From contig OZ287758.1 in assembly GCA_965649765.1 (NCBI GenBank), positions 19,716,001-19,780,000 on the forward strand: 64,000 nucleotides of DNA. The letters are read 5' to 3'. Source of the stretch: Bispira polyomma. Its lineage: Eukaryota. Positions within the stretch are counted from its first letter, which is position 1. Each line of letters starts with the position of its first letter. Position numbers and translations under genes: made by a program. This document shows, piece by piece, positions 12,480-25,357 of the stretch. The notes beneath the pieces are model-generated. The model was not told the origin of the DNA. It saw nothing but the letters and a program-made list of their open reading frames with translations, and made no database searches.

Positions 12480-13727
12480 ATGTACAGTAGTAGTTACTAA
12501 GGAGACATGCTTCTGTCTTAACATGTCCAGTAGTAATTACTAGGAAGACATGCTTCTGTGTTAACATGTGCAGTAGTAGTTACTAGGAAGAAATGCTTTT
12601 GTGCTAACATGTCCAGTAGTAGTTACTAGGAAGACATGCTTCTGTCTTAACATGTCCCTTAGTAGTTACTAGGAAGACATGCTTTTGTGCTAACATGTCC
12701 ATTAGTAGTTACTAGGAAGACATGCTTCTGTGTTTACATGTCCGTTAGTAGTTACTAGGAAGACATGCTTCTGTATTAACATGTCCATTAGTAGTTACTA
12801 GGAAGACATGCTTCTGTGCTAACATGCCCAGTAGTAGTTACTAGGAAGACATGCTTCTGTATTTACATGTCCATTAGTAGTTACTAGGAAGACATGCTTC
12901 TGTGCTAACATGTCCATTAGTAGTTACTAGGAAGACATGCTTCTGTATTTACATGTCCATTAGTAGTTACTAGGAAGACATGCTTCTGTGCTAACATGTC
13001 CATTAGTAGTTACTAGGAAGACATGCTTCTGTGTTTACATGTCCATTAGTAGTTACTAGGAAGACATGCTTCTGTCTTAACATGCCCAGTAGTAGTTACT
13101 AGGAAGACATGCTTATGTATTTACATGTCCAGTAGTAGTTACTAAGGAGACATGCTTCTGTGCTTACATGTCCAGTAGTAGTTACTAAGGAGACATGCTT
13201 CTGTGCTAACATGTTCAGTAGTAGTTACTAGGAAGACATGTTTCTGTGTTTAAATGTCCAGTAGTAGTTACTAGAAAGACACACTTATGTGCTAACATGC
13301 TTCAGTAGTAGTTACTAAAAGGACGTGCTTCTGTGTTTACATGTCCAGTAGTAGTTACTAGGAAGACATGCTTCTGTGTTTACATGTCCATTAGTAGTTA
13401 CTAGGAAGACATGCTTCTGTGCTAACATGCCCAGTAGTAGTTACTAGGAAGACATGCTTCTGTATTTACATGTCCATTAGTAGTTACTAGGAAGACATGC
13501 TTCTGTGCTAACATGTCCATTAGTAGTTACTAGGAAGACATGCTTCTGTGTTTACATGTCCATTAGTAGTTACTAGGAAGACATGCTTCTGTCTTAACAT
13601 GCCCAGTAGTAGTTACTAGGAAGACATGCTTATGTATTTACATGTCCAGTAGTAGTTACTAAGGAGACATGCTTCTGTGCTTACATGTCCAGTAGTAGTT
13701 ACTAGGAATACATGCTTCTGTGCTAAC
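12480..13727 (+). repeat. 43-bp minisatellite, left block (about 29 copies)
   Basis: Unit AGTAGTTACTAGGAAGACATGCTTCTGTGCTAACATGTCCATT. Resumes at 20012 after a LINE insertion. Confidence 0.97.
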
Positions 13728-16700
13728 TTTTTTTTAACAAGTTTTATTATCACATTAAGACATTACAATACAATTACATTGCAGACATACACAAAATACG
13801 ATATCACAATGTTACTTAAAACAAAAAACGACAAAAACACATTTATCATATTAGTACAGGAGCAACCATTTCAATTATTTTAGATACATGTGATCTCATC
13901 TATTGAAGCTATATTATAAGTAGTTGCAAAATTAAAAAAAAGCAAAATATTACTTTATAATTAACTGATGCCTACAAGTTTACCAAAGGAATCTTTAAAA
14001 ACTTGAGATTTTCCATTTTTACTGTTGAGGAGCGACATTGTCTGAAGTTTTTGCCCAAGTATAATTATAAATTCTTTAAATAAAAGTGGTTTATCACAAG
14101 ACTTTTTGTTATTTATGTACCATTTCCCTAGTAAAATCAGATAATTTAATCTAAGTAGATATTAATCGTTATAAAAAGGTATACCAAGTAATATTTTACA
14201 TACTGTTAAACAAAACTTTGTATCAAGATTATTAGCCATCCAGGTCTCAAGGTTTTTCCAGAAATTAAAAGAAGAAACACAATAAAATAAGTGGTGTTCT
14301 AAGGTATCTACGAGGTTCTTATCACAGTATAGGCAGATTGAAGATTCAGATATATTCCATTTAAAAAGTTTATCCCTGCATTTCAATGTTCTGTGCAACA
14401 CTTTATATTGAGCAGATAAGGTTCCCCCTGTTTAACTTTTATGTTAGAGCAAATATGTCATCCCAGTTTATAACTTTAAGAAATGGGAATAGGTCTATCT
14501 ATGTGGTTAACGAAGTGGATTCTTTGTATTTTTTATCTACAAATTCCCAATAGATATCTTGGTTCTTTATACATTTGAGGGGTTTTGCCATCTCTGCAAT
14601 ATTTATATAGATATCATCTTGAAGTATGATATCTTTTGAATTACTTGTTTGAATTCTTTCTAGCCAAGATTTTGGAATTGCCTTTTTGGATGACATAGTA
14701 CTCTAAAGTGTTATTTTCAACTGAAATTTTGATCGTAGTGACTCAAAGGGCAGCACATCCCATCTGGAATCTAAAATATCTTTGAGTTTAATTTTGGTTG
14801 ACCAATCTTTAATTTTGCAAATTGAACTGTTGATGTATGAATTATCTTTTTGAATGAATTGATTATAAAGTAAAAATTCATTCAATATATCATTGGTATT
14901 GCTTGGTGTCCTAGACTTGATTGAAAACCACCCATTTTGTACTTACTGATTGAATGTTGTTTTTGCAACCTGATAACTTTTCTTTAGTAGTTTAGAATTG
15001 AGCTTTTCATGGCCTATGTTTAATAATTCCCAGGACAAATTGTTCCATTTTCTTACAGTTTCGTCAGTTAACCTCTTTATCCAGATTATTTTTTGAACAT
15101 CATGAATGCAGTAGATATCTGACATCTTTAAATCACCATTCTTGAGATTGCTTACTATGGTTGATCTTTTAACTCGTGGGGGTTTCTATCCCAAAAGAAA
15201 TTAAAAATCATTTTTTCAATCTTGTCAAGAACACTGATGGGTGTGTATAAGTTACAGAATAAGTGGATGAATTGATGAATAACCAAAGTCTTGAGTATAG
15301 TTATCTTTCCTCTCCACGAGAGAGACTTTGATCTCCAGATAAAGAATATTTCCTCTACTTCTGCTAATCTTTCTGAAAAATTTAATCTGATGCTAGTCTC
15401 TGAGTTCTTTGAAAACCAGATTCCTAGAGTTTTAAATGGACCTTTTCTGATCCCAATCTTTTTTAGTTCTTTTGAAAAATTTAGGGATGACAAATTGAAA
15501 TTTCCAAGTGGTATAATCTCTGTTTTATCTAAATTTAGCTTTAGGCCAGAATACAATCCATATTTAATAAATAAGTTAATTGCTCTTTCTTATGACTTAA
15601 CATCTTCTAAAAATAAAGTTGTGTCATCAGCTAGTTGTATTATTTTATATTCTTCTTTATTAATTTTAATTCCTTTAATATTGCAGTTACCCTTTATTGC
15701 CAAAGAAACTATTTCAGCTACCAAAATAAAGAGTAATGCAGAAATGGGACAACCTTGCCTTATACCTGTACTTAGTTCAAAATAGTTTGATAGGTACCCA
15801 TTATTAGACATACATGAGAATATATTTTGATATAAAAATTTGATCCATTTAACAAAATTTTTACCAAAGTTGAATACCTTCAAAACTTCAAAAAGAAAAG
15901 GCCATTCGATGGTGTCAAATGCTTTTTCAAAGTCTATCAGTTAGTCCTATTTTAGAAAAAAAAAAATTTCGTGGCCAACTCTCCCATATTAGGTTTATTG
16001 GTCTTATTTTGTAGATTTTTATGTCAGGAAAAATATTAGACCAGGTAACTCTGTGTCAAAGTGTCCGAAATATAAAAAAAAGTAAAAATCAAGATGGCCG
16101 CCATGTCAACAGATGAAATCCAATTTTTATCATATATCAACTTCTAGACCAGCTAGAAACTTACTTTTTGTCTATACCTATGTTTTTGGGGTCAAGGAAT
16201 CCAATAAAGTACATATTTATAATATTTACCCAGCATTTATAGAATAAATCCACAATGGACAACATTTAAGTAGAAAAAAGTACACTGATTTTCCTCTGTC
16301 ATGTTTAAAGGCATGTTATGTTCAGTGCCGTTCGAGTTTGTGGTGTGCAATCATTATATTCTGTCAAAAGGATTAATAGATTCAAGGTATTATCAATCCA
16401 TGGGCATTTGTTAACACATTGTTGCAGATGAAGATGTACCAATACTTCAGTAAAGGTATTTATTATACAACTTCTAAAATAAGTCATTTTAGCTGAAATT
16501 TGCATCCATAATATACCGTCAGTAGATTTATGCTTAATATATAAAATATGTGCATCTATTATGCCAGTTGGTTAAATTGAAAGTAAGAATTTTAGTTATT
16601 AAGCACATCTCACAAACTAATAGTACCACAAATCTGACCACTGTAGATATATTCATCAGTGTATTGGCATAATACCATCCAACATCCTTATGGGATAATT

Positions 16701-16859
16701 TCTTCCATTTGACCTATATTCTTAGTATTATAACAAATTTCTGTCATGTCATGTCATAATTAACTTGTACAGATTAACATATACTGGCATTCTTTTACAT
16801 ATTGCACAACACTCTTGAATAATAATTTACTCTGGGGATTAAATAGTTCCCATATTCAT

Positions 16860-17943
16860 TTACACAATATTAATTTCATCGTTTGTGGCAAAGTCATCAG
16901 TATTACAGCAATCATCATTACACATACAGACTACCATACAAGGGTATCCCTTTTGTCGACAACGACATTTCTTTGTACTACAAGGAGTGGCAGACTTGCA
17001 AGAACACTTCAATATGTGTAGCACTTTCTTTGGCGCAGGTGGTTGGGGCATCCACAAAATGGATATGTCACTTCCATTTATAATCCATCCATAGCCATGT
17101 GGGGAAGGAATTTCCATTTGACTTTCCAAACATCTCTCCCGGATTGTAGCTTGATAGTTTGCTTTTCTGATGTGTAGAATGGCACTATCATGGCATGGAG
17201 GCAGCTTTGTGATTTCAATAGTTTGCCTATTCCATTTCTCACTAAGCACATCATTGGTGTTGGTACAATGTGCTGAATTATACAAGTAACATATAGCCTT
17301 CTCTGCCTGTTTTAATGTTTCAGCATCTGGGTCAAAGTTCTCACCTAGGGATTTCATGGCCTGGCAAAATTCATAGTTTTCCATTGCAAGTGTCACTACT
17401 GTTGTTTTCCCACGTCCAGCAAATCTACTTGTGGAGTCATACCAATTAGACCTTTACACACTCTCTATCCTAGACTGTCAGTAATACTTGTCACATTGAT
17501 ATATGACCATGTTTTATTTTTTTGTACTCTAAACAACAATAGTAATTTTTCCGTAATACACAAGAAAACAGTCAACACAAGGACATCTGTCTCTGGTGAT
17601 CTGAGCAGGATTGGTGCATCACTTTCTCAGCTAGCATGTTTGGCATGAAGGAGAAGGCGTGTATTGGCTTCTTCATGATTGGAATACAGATCAACTTGAT
17701 GTGTGCGATCCCCATTCCTTTTAACATCAACTTGAATACCTGCAGTGTTAGATGGTCATATGGGGCATTTGGTTTCAGTGACTGAAGTACAGCCATGACA
17801 TCTACTATGTGTGTTATGTTAGCCAATAATGGAAGTGGCGCATCTGCAGCCTCATCCCTGAGTATGTGAAGGAGATCAGATTTGTCTGCCAGAGATCTGG
17901 GTACACTGATGAGTTCATATGACATCAGTTCGTCATGGCTCAC
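16860..17943 (-). pseudogene. Academ-type transposase remnants (XPG/FEN1-like nuclease C-terminus plus Cys-rich CXC-like tail)
   Basis: KLPPC...LHIRKANYQA.....PSPHGYGW followed by CSCK..CSTKKCRC....C..VC.C, plus upstream fragments YEL..VPRSL and VDVMAVLQ. Broken into several frames. Confidence 0.75.
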
Positions 17944-18721
17944 CTGACCTCTCCGTCCACCGTCATACAGATGTGCAAATACAGCAGTCGCTTTGTCTTA
18001 GCTCATTCTATGAATTGAAATAGCTTAACTTAACAATAAAATATTTAAAAATACTCACCTCTGATGAGTCACTATTGATGAAGACTGAACTGAAGATTTT
18101 GTATTCATAATCATTATGGTGTGTATATAACCTGCCCAGTTATGAAGACGCAAGTGATGTATTGCCCATTAACAAATGACTTTCAAATCATTTGAGCAAA
18201 GTCAGGCATACAGTGCGGATGTGCAGAGAATTAAGAATTAAGTCATGCCTCATTAACTATATATATTGCATTTTTATACATGTTTGACTGCTTTAAAAGT
18301 CTTGTGTATAACCTAAAAAGTACAAAAATTATTCTATTTTCATTTAAAATAAAAAACAATTTTTTTATAGTTGTATCCGAAAGATGAAAAACTGAACTTG
18401 ACATACTTTTGAACATGACAGGAAAATCAGTGTATTTTTTTCCACTCAAATAAGCTACATTGTGGATTTATTCTATAAACGTTGGATAAATATTATTAAT
18501 ATGTACTTTATTAGATTCCTTGACCCCAAAAACATAGGTATAGACACAAAAAGTAAGTTTCTAGCTGGTCTAGAAGTTGAGATATGATCAAAATTTGATT
18601 TCATCTGTTGACGTGGCGGCCATCTTGAATTTTACTTTTTTTTTCATATTTTGGACACTTTCTCACAGGGTTACCTGGTCTAATATTTTTCCTGACATTA
18701 AAATCTACAAAATAAGACCAA

Positions 18722-18940
18722 TGTGAAGCGTGAAAGGGAGTTGCGCCCCTTGCCGCCGGATGCTACGGGGTGGGTTAATACTCAATCTGGTTGCTTGCTG
18801 ATCAACCAGCTGTTAACCCCCCTACCCTTACGACCTTGCTATGCCCATGGACTTTACGATTGGATCACTGATTCTGCTGTTGCACTTTAGAAGATGCCTG
18901 GCACCAATAAAGCGCGTTAAAAATGCATTATTATTATTAT
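18722..18940 (+). mobile_element. Short retroposed L2-type 3' end inserted inside the right Academ TIR
   Basis: Splits AATAAGACCAA|TAAACCTAAT, which is contiguous in the left TIR. Ends GCACTTTAGAAGATGCCTGGCA..(ATT)n, a motif also present at about 33246. Confidence 0.75.
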
Positions 18941-20011
18941 TAAACCTAATATCGGAGATTTGGCCACAAAATTTTTTTTTAAGCCTCTCCTGAGAAATAG
19001 CCAAAGGACTAAGTGTCAAAATACCTTTCTTTTTGTTTAAATCAGTATATGATATCAAACCTTCTATTGTCCTTATATTTTCGCCAAGATATCTGCCTTT
19101 AATGTATCCAACTTGGTCAGAGCTTATTAAATTTGGAATGATACTTTGCAGTTTTATAGATAGGGCCTTAGCTAAAATTTTATAGTCAGTTGCTAACAGA
19201 GTCACAGGATTTCAAAAATCTCATATCTTTTTGTGGTTTTGGTATTAAATTTAGTAAAGCTCTACGTTGTCCGTCTGGTAACTGACCTGTATCAAAACTA
19301 TACAAGTAACTATTATGAAGTGGCAATTTCAATTCTTCCCAGAAGATCTTATAAAAATTTGTGGTAAAGCCATCAAGTCCAGGTGACTTATCATTGGCTA
19401 TAGATTCCAGTGCTTTGGATATTTCCGTTAATGTTACCTTTTCTTCACAAATTTTTTTATCAGATTCATTTAGTTTTGGAATATTCTTATTTTTTAGGAA
19501 ATCATCAGAACTATTGAGAGAGGGTTTAATTGTACTTGCGTATAGCTTAAAGAAAAAGTTGACCTGTTCTTCAATCATTTCATTTGGATCATCTATTTCC
19601 CTTCCATCTGGTTTAATAATCTTCTTTATATATTTGGTATTAAAGTTCCTTCGTTCAAGGTTTAAAAAATAGTTTGAATTTTTTTCTCCATATTCTATCC
19701 ACTTAGCCCTTGACCTAATAACTATTCCATTGGTTTTGACTTGTTGGATGTTCTCTAGCTCACTTTTTACATCTTGATACTTGAGATAGTTTTCTTCATT
19801 TTCATCAATTTTATTTTCAAGTTTTAGAGGCAGGTTTTCTAGTTCTGGTTCTTTTTTCCTTTGTGCCTTAGTTTTCTGAATAGCATATTGAATTGTTTCG
19901 GTACGCAACTGACATTTATTATATTCCAAAAAGATATTTTTATTTTCAAATCTGACATTTTTGTTTACTGAAGACATTGTCTTTTTTATTAAGTCAACAT
20001 AATCAGGGTCA

Positions 20012-20710
20012 GTGCTAATATGCCCAGTAGTAGTTACTAGGAAGACATGCTTCTGTACTAACATGTTCAGTAGTAGTTACTAGGAAGACATGCTTCTGTG
20101 CTAACATGTTCAGTTGTAGTTATTAGGAAGACATGCTTCTGTGCTAACATGTTCAGTTGTAGTTATTAAGAAGACATGCTTCTGTACTAACATGTCCAGT
20201 AGTAGTTACTAGGAAGATATGCTTTTGTATTTACATGTTCAGTAGTAGTTACTAGGGAGACATGCTTCTGTGTTTACATATTCAGTAGTAGTTACTAGGG
20301 AGACACGCTTCTGTGCTAACATGTCCAGTAGTAGTTACTAGGACGACACGCTTCTGTGTTTACATATTCAGTAGTAGTTACTAGGAAGACATGTTTCTGT
20401 GTTTACATATTCAGTAGTAGTTACTAGGACGACACGCTTCTGTGTTTACATATTCAGTAGTAGTTACTAGGAAGACATGTTTCTGTGTTTACATATTCAG
20501 TAGTAGTTACTAGGAAGACACGCTTCTGTACTAACATGTCCAGTAGTAGTTACTAGGAGACACGCTTATGTGCTAACATGCTCAGCAGTAGTTACTAGGA
20601 AGATATGCTTCTGTGTGTACATATTCAGTAGTAGTTACTAGGGAAAAAGCTTATTTGCTAACGTGTTCTGAATCAGAAGTAGTGAATAGGAAGACATGCC
20701 TCTGTGCTAA
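20012..20710 (+). repeat. 43-bp minisatellite, right block (about 16 copies)
   Basis: Same unit as 12480-13727, continuing across the LINE. Confidence 0.96.
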
Positions 20711-21261
20711 TAACTGTGTTGTTGTTTTTTGCAGACGGTTCATAAGAAGTTCAAATCAGTTGGTGTGGTGGGTTTGTCATTTTCGTTATATATAAACGTT
20801 TACTTGTCTAAAAATTGTTACAATTAAATTGCTATTTCTCAAAGCTGTAGACGTACATATTCTCACCAGGAATTAATTAACCATGATGGTTAATGATCTG
20901 AATTGATCAAAATCTCTTTCACCTGGTATAAAGTCAAACTAATTTCAGTTAATTTTTAGAAACTATTAAATTATTGAAATACTTCTAAAATTAAAATTGT
21001 TCACTGTATTTTAAATATTTAACATAATATTTTTTTTTAGAAATATACACGCTTTTGTAGTTAAAAAAGGCTGGACAAAATGCTTTCCTGCCATTATTGT
21101 TTAGTAGGTAGTTTTGTCAATATTATGTTATTACCAATATATATCTGTACTGTTTGCTTTGATTGTGCTTAATTCGAGCTCTAAGAATAGTGATTTCGAT
21201 AAAATGGTGAACATCTTTTATTGAAGCATTATTATGTATAACTAGATCCTCTATTTTACAG

Positions 21262-21402
21262 ATAAAAGCCAGCGAATGTGATAAAGTAAAAACAAGCCGT
21301 ATTGACCTTAATGAGCACAACGTGAACAAACTGGTATTTGTTCCAGACTACTCCTACAGTTCAGAAGTGGGCATATCAAAGCTTCGGATTGAGTTGTGTT
21401 AG
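21262..21402 (+). CDS. Terminal coding exon of novel paralogue A
   Basis: CTATTTTACAG acceptor, phase 0, 141 nt: IKASECDKVKTSRIDLNEHNVNKLVFVPDYSYSSEVGISKLRIELC*. Aligns without gaps to 41574-41714. AATAAA at 21639-21644. Confidence 0.83.
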   Translation: MKASECDKVKTSRIDLNEHNVNKLVFVPDYSYSSEVGISKLRIELC

Positions 21403-22949
21403 AACAGCAAAGACACACCCGTTATATAGGATATGGGGGGATTCTTATGAATTACACACATAAAAGTTAATTCTATGTTTTTCATTTTAACACATATTAT
21501 AACCCCAATCATATATCTCACATAATGGACATCAGAAAACACTATATATAATTTGTGAAAACAGATATTATTGGTGTTGAAGTTATCTTATTGTATTAAA
21601 GTTTAACCTTTGTCGTACTGTATATACAACTAGATGGGAATAAAACAATTGGCACAAAAAATGGATTTTCACTTTATTAGTGTTTAGTTAAACTCACATT
21701 CTGAAGGCTTATAAGAAGCACGGTCAACAAAGATTATTAAGATCAACCATTCCAAAGTGATCCAAAGGGATGTGTCCTATGTTTATTAAGACACCAAGGC
21801 TCTTACTAAAACATGTTTGGAGCTTCTCAGTATCCAGTGACAGCATTGTAAGTACAACAACCTATGTGCTCTATTCCCATAGATTCATGGCACAGAGACA
21901 ATATATGTGGCCGTTTTCCTTTCATTGGTATAAATCTGAAGGAGGTGTTGTCACTGTGGTTGAGTCCGCCGTTGACAATGGAGACAATGATAGAATACCA
22001 ACAACAACATGGCAAACTACCTTTGTTAGACAAATTCTTACAATAACATATTAACACTCGTGGCAATTTGACAATAAAATACATGAAGTAGGTAAAAATA
22101 TTTACCATTATTATACTCATGATATCATATATCACATGAAAACAGAATATATAATCTTCAAAGGTGTAGTTCTAATATATACATATATAATCTTTAAATT
22201 TAAAATACTTTTGTTATTCTGGAAATTTAAAATATAGATTCAACATAATGCACTAACAAAAACTTTTCCAGAAAAAGAGCTTAGATATTAAAAAATCAAT
22301 TTTGCCACCGATTTCATCTCTTATCAAATATGTCAATTGTTTGATTCATTTTGGACAAAAGCTTCTGTTTGTTAAAGCGTTTCTTTAGTTCTTTTTAAAG
22401 GTGAAATATATTAAAATTGAAATTCCTCTTTGAGCACCAATAAATAAGTATAAAAAGGATAAGTATAAAATCAGTGGCCAAAACTTTTAATCAAATTGAT
22501 TGTACCTTGTTTCATTTATTACAAATTCATTGTTATTCCACAGTTCTACAGCTTCAGAACATTGTGCAAAAAGATGTATGATGGTTTCAGTATGACGGTT
22601 TTAAAAAAGACAGTTATTATCATCAGAAATTTTTATTCCGAATAAATATTCTTTAGTATCTAAAGATGGAGATGTGTTCTGTGTGTGGTACAATACACGA
22701 AGCAGTAGCACTAGAATAGGACGATGGTAGATGGAGAGAAGTGTGTGTGATACAATTCATCAAGCAGTATCACTAGAAGAAGACAATAGGAGATGGAGAG
22801 ATTCAGGACACAGTAGTAATTTTCTGGGAAAACTTCTGATATTGAATTTTAAATCTACAAATAATGCTTAATAAAACAAGGATTGTCTTACCAGAACTGC
22901 TCTGCCTTATGACTTCTTCCAAAAAGTTCACTATCTCCTTCAATACTCG

Positions 22950-23660
22950 ACTATAGTTAGAAGGCTATTAATGTTTACTATATTCAGGTCATATTGTATC
23001 ATGGGGTGTTTCATGAAGACAAACAAGAGGTCGAACACAATAGACTTTTGATTGCTTTTGTTCTGACACACTATTGTAGATTTCGCGTTCCCAATGTATA
23101 CTCTATATGTTACATCTACTTCAGCTATAGATGTCTGGCTCTTGGGTGTGAAGGCTGCCAGAAGTCTCACACAAGTCTGCCCATGTAACTCCTGCAAACC
23201 ATGGTGATCTACAACGCCGCACCACCAATGTCTAAACAAACCTGTAGTCTGCCTTTCAATGCATATTAATGAGACATTTATGCCATCAAAAATGTAATAT
23301 AAAGACATGACTATTCATTTGTTTTTACTGAAAGCATTTTACACTTTATATTCCACTGTCTATTTCAATCATGTCCAGTAACACCTGAAATCACACAGGC
23401 ATTTTCATTGACGTGGCTTATTACTTGGTACAAACTGTCATTATAGCAGCAAAACCGACATTTTATTGTTTTGGGCTGATAAAGACAGTGCTCAATATTG
23501 GAGATCTCCCAGTGCTGGTCCATACTAAATATTACGAACACAGGCAGCTGCAGAAGGGGTTTTTGCCTTATCTGTAGCATGTTGGCCACAGTACCGTTAT
23601 CACACTTGACAAAGATATTTTTGTTTTTCCAATAGTGGTGAAAAACTATATCCACCCAAA
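22950..23660 (-). mobile_element. DIRS/Ngaro-type retrotransposon remnant (RNase H and start of tyrosine recombinase)
   Basis: WKNKNIFVKCDN and VVDHHGLQELHGQTCVRLLAAFTPKSQ are homologous to the ORFs at 25358-25924 and 24806-25327. Confidence 0.7.
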
Positions 23661-24341
23661 ATTCTGAAGTGAACCATAGTAAAAATGATGTACGTTTATG
23701 GTATACTTAGGTGATATTAAAATAGTAAAACTATCTGAGTAGTATCGGGCTCGTATTGTACTGATTTTCTTCTTTCGTCATATATTTTTTCTAATATACA
23801 CTTATCAATCACAGGCCCTGCCACCCAAGAAGGAATGATTTCAAAAGATAACACCATTGAGATCTACTAGTTTATTATACACAGACATTCATGACTAGTA
23901 CTACAATTTATTTACATATCTACTGGTTATACATACTTGAGTTAATTACACACATATACGTTAGTACATTAATATAGTTTCTGAACACCTTGGACTTATT
24001 TTAGGTTAAGGTTGCTGAGGTCACCAACTAAGGTGACCTTAACTTTACACTTTTGAGTGATATTGAAGTTAAGGTTTGGTTACGTACCAACTAAGATGAC
24101 CTTAACTTAAACACTTTAAGATTACCATATTTAAGACACTTTGTGTTTGAGGGAACCTTAATTTTCCCTTTGTTTACATTTACTGATATACTGATGTAGT
24201 TATTTAATATGAGGTTAAATTTAGATACGTATAATTCTAAATATATTCATTTTTACGACCATTAATGAATAACAATAGTATTACATAACAATAAATTTTC
24301 CTCAAACCCAACAGTAGGGTAGTAAGCATAATAAGGGGCCA

Positions 24342-25327
24342 CTATAACAATATAGCTTGAAATAAGAGAGCAACTTGCTCTCCTAGCTTTTGATCTTGGT
24401 GTATATAGGTCCACACACAGTCCGACGTCCAGGTGCCCTGCTGTTTAATCTGTTGTATTAGTATGTTTGCATTGTAAGCAAACGTGGCACCAGAACATCG
24501 GAAGGTGTGGAATGAAAAGAAATGTGGGTCTAATCCCATTTGAACATTGATTTTGGAAAGGGTTTTTCTGAAACAAGAGTCCATCATAACTTGACAGCCT
24601 GTGGCAGTTCTATATTAAAACAGTGGCTCATGCTTTTGAGGGTTATAGAGCTTGATGACCTCTTGTAGGGCTTTGTATGGACAGAGATTTGATTTATGCA
24701 ATTTTGGTAGACCGATAATGCTGACTTTGTTTCTGTCTTGCATCGTCTTGGTCCACTTTATGAGTATTTTGACCAAGTTTTTGGTGAAAAAGATATCACC
24801 ACCTGCTAAGCACCTGGTATTATTAAAGGTGTTAAAGGAGTTAGGTCTGAGATTCTAAAGAACCCGAAAAATGCTGTCAAGAATACAGCTTTAGAGACTT
24901 TGCCCTGACGTAATCGCTCACATAATGCTACCAGTGTTTGCAATATTTGCACATCCATTATATTTTTACGTGTCACTGACACTGGTCTGTTGATTCTAAC
25001 CGCTTTGACAAAATATTTCACTTTAGGGTGCTCTAGGCATTTGCGTGGTAGGTCATACATTATACACTTTGCCTCTATAGCTGACAGATGATTATTTGTC
25101 ATATACACTGATACTCCACTTACTACTAGACACTCCATGAACACCAAAACTACTTTGGTATTAATATTTGACAATTCAACTTGAGCATGTAGACAAAGTG
25201 ACCCAAAGTTCTTAAACAGCATATTATAACATTGCTGGGTCTTTGGTATTTTAGCCTTTTGCAGCCTAGTCCCAGCTTGCCCATACAGCTTTGCAACCAC
25301 ACTGTGATCTACAACAAAGTATAGCAT
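24342..25327 (-). pseudogene. Tyrosine recombinase of the YR retrotransposon (frameshifted)
   Basis: AFFGFFRISDL (catalytic R), HTFRCSGAT (HxxR) and GTWTSDCVWTY (catalytic Y). Confidence 0.88.
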
Positions 25328-25357
25328 CGTTAAATATCAGTTTAGTTGTTATTACTA

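Larger units (their letters stand above)
15942..19011 (-). mobile_element. Academ-like DNA transposon (internally deleted) with long TIRs
   Basis: Termini TAGTCCT...AGGACTA with about 350-bp imperfect inverted repeats (about 15942-16295 vs 18420-19011). 3-bp TSD AGT; removing it restores the LINE reading GILTLIDFEK. Confidence 0.85.
13728..20011 (-). mobile_element. 5'-truncated, decayed Tx1/L1-clade LINE ORF2, split by an Academ insertion
   Basis: Motifs RSRAKWIEYGEKNSNYF, KSPGLDGFT..FYK, DYKILAK, DFEKAFD, GIRQGCPIS, LADDTTL and a C-terminal CCHC finger (CLYC..E.HHLF.C). Poly(A) at 13728-13735 with nearby AATAAA. GTGCTAA is duplicated at 13720-13726 / 20012-20018. Confidence 0.92.

Noticed and set aside
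9375-13727. 34-43-bp repeat arrays as CRISPR arrays
   Set aside because: Units are head-to-tail with no unique spacers, there are no cas genes, and the context is a eukaryotic intron.
16860-17396. Host tesmin/CXC-domain gene
   Set aside because: It lies inside TIRs with a TSD and carries transposase-associated nuclease motifs.
19186-20064. 292-aa ORF as a gene with its own start
   Set aside because: Its first residues are translated minisatellite; the rest is 5'-truncated LINE ORF2.
21770-22135. Overlapping short ORFs as a third paralogue
   Set aside because: None of the family motifs (PVT.G.VT, TLY, LR.E.C) is present and there are no matching exon lengths.
24342-25327. Phage integrase or bacterial contamination
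   Set aside because: The recombinase is adjacent to DIRS-type RT/RNase H, the normal layout of YR retrotransposons.
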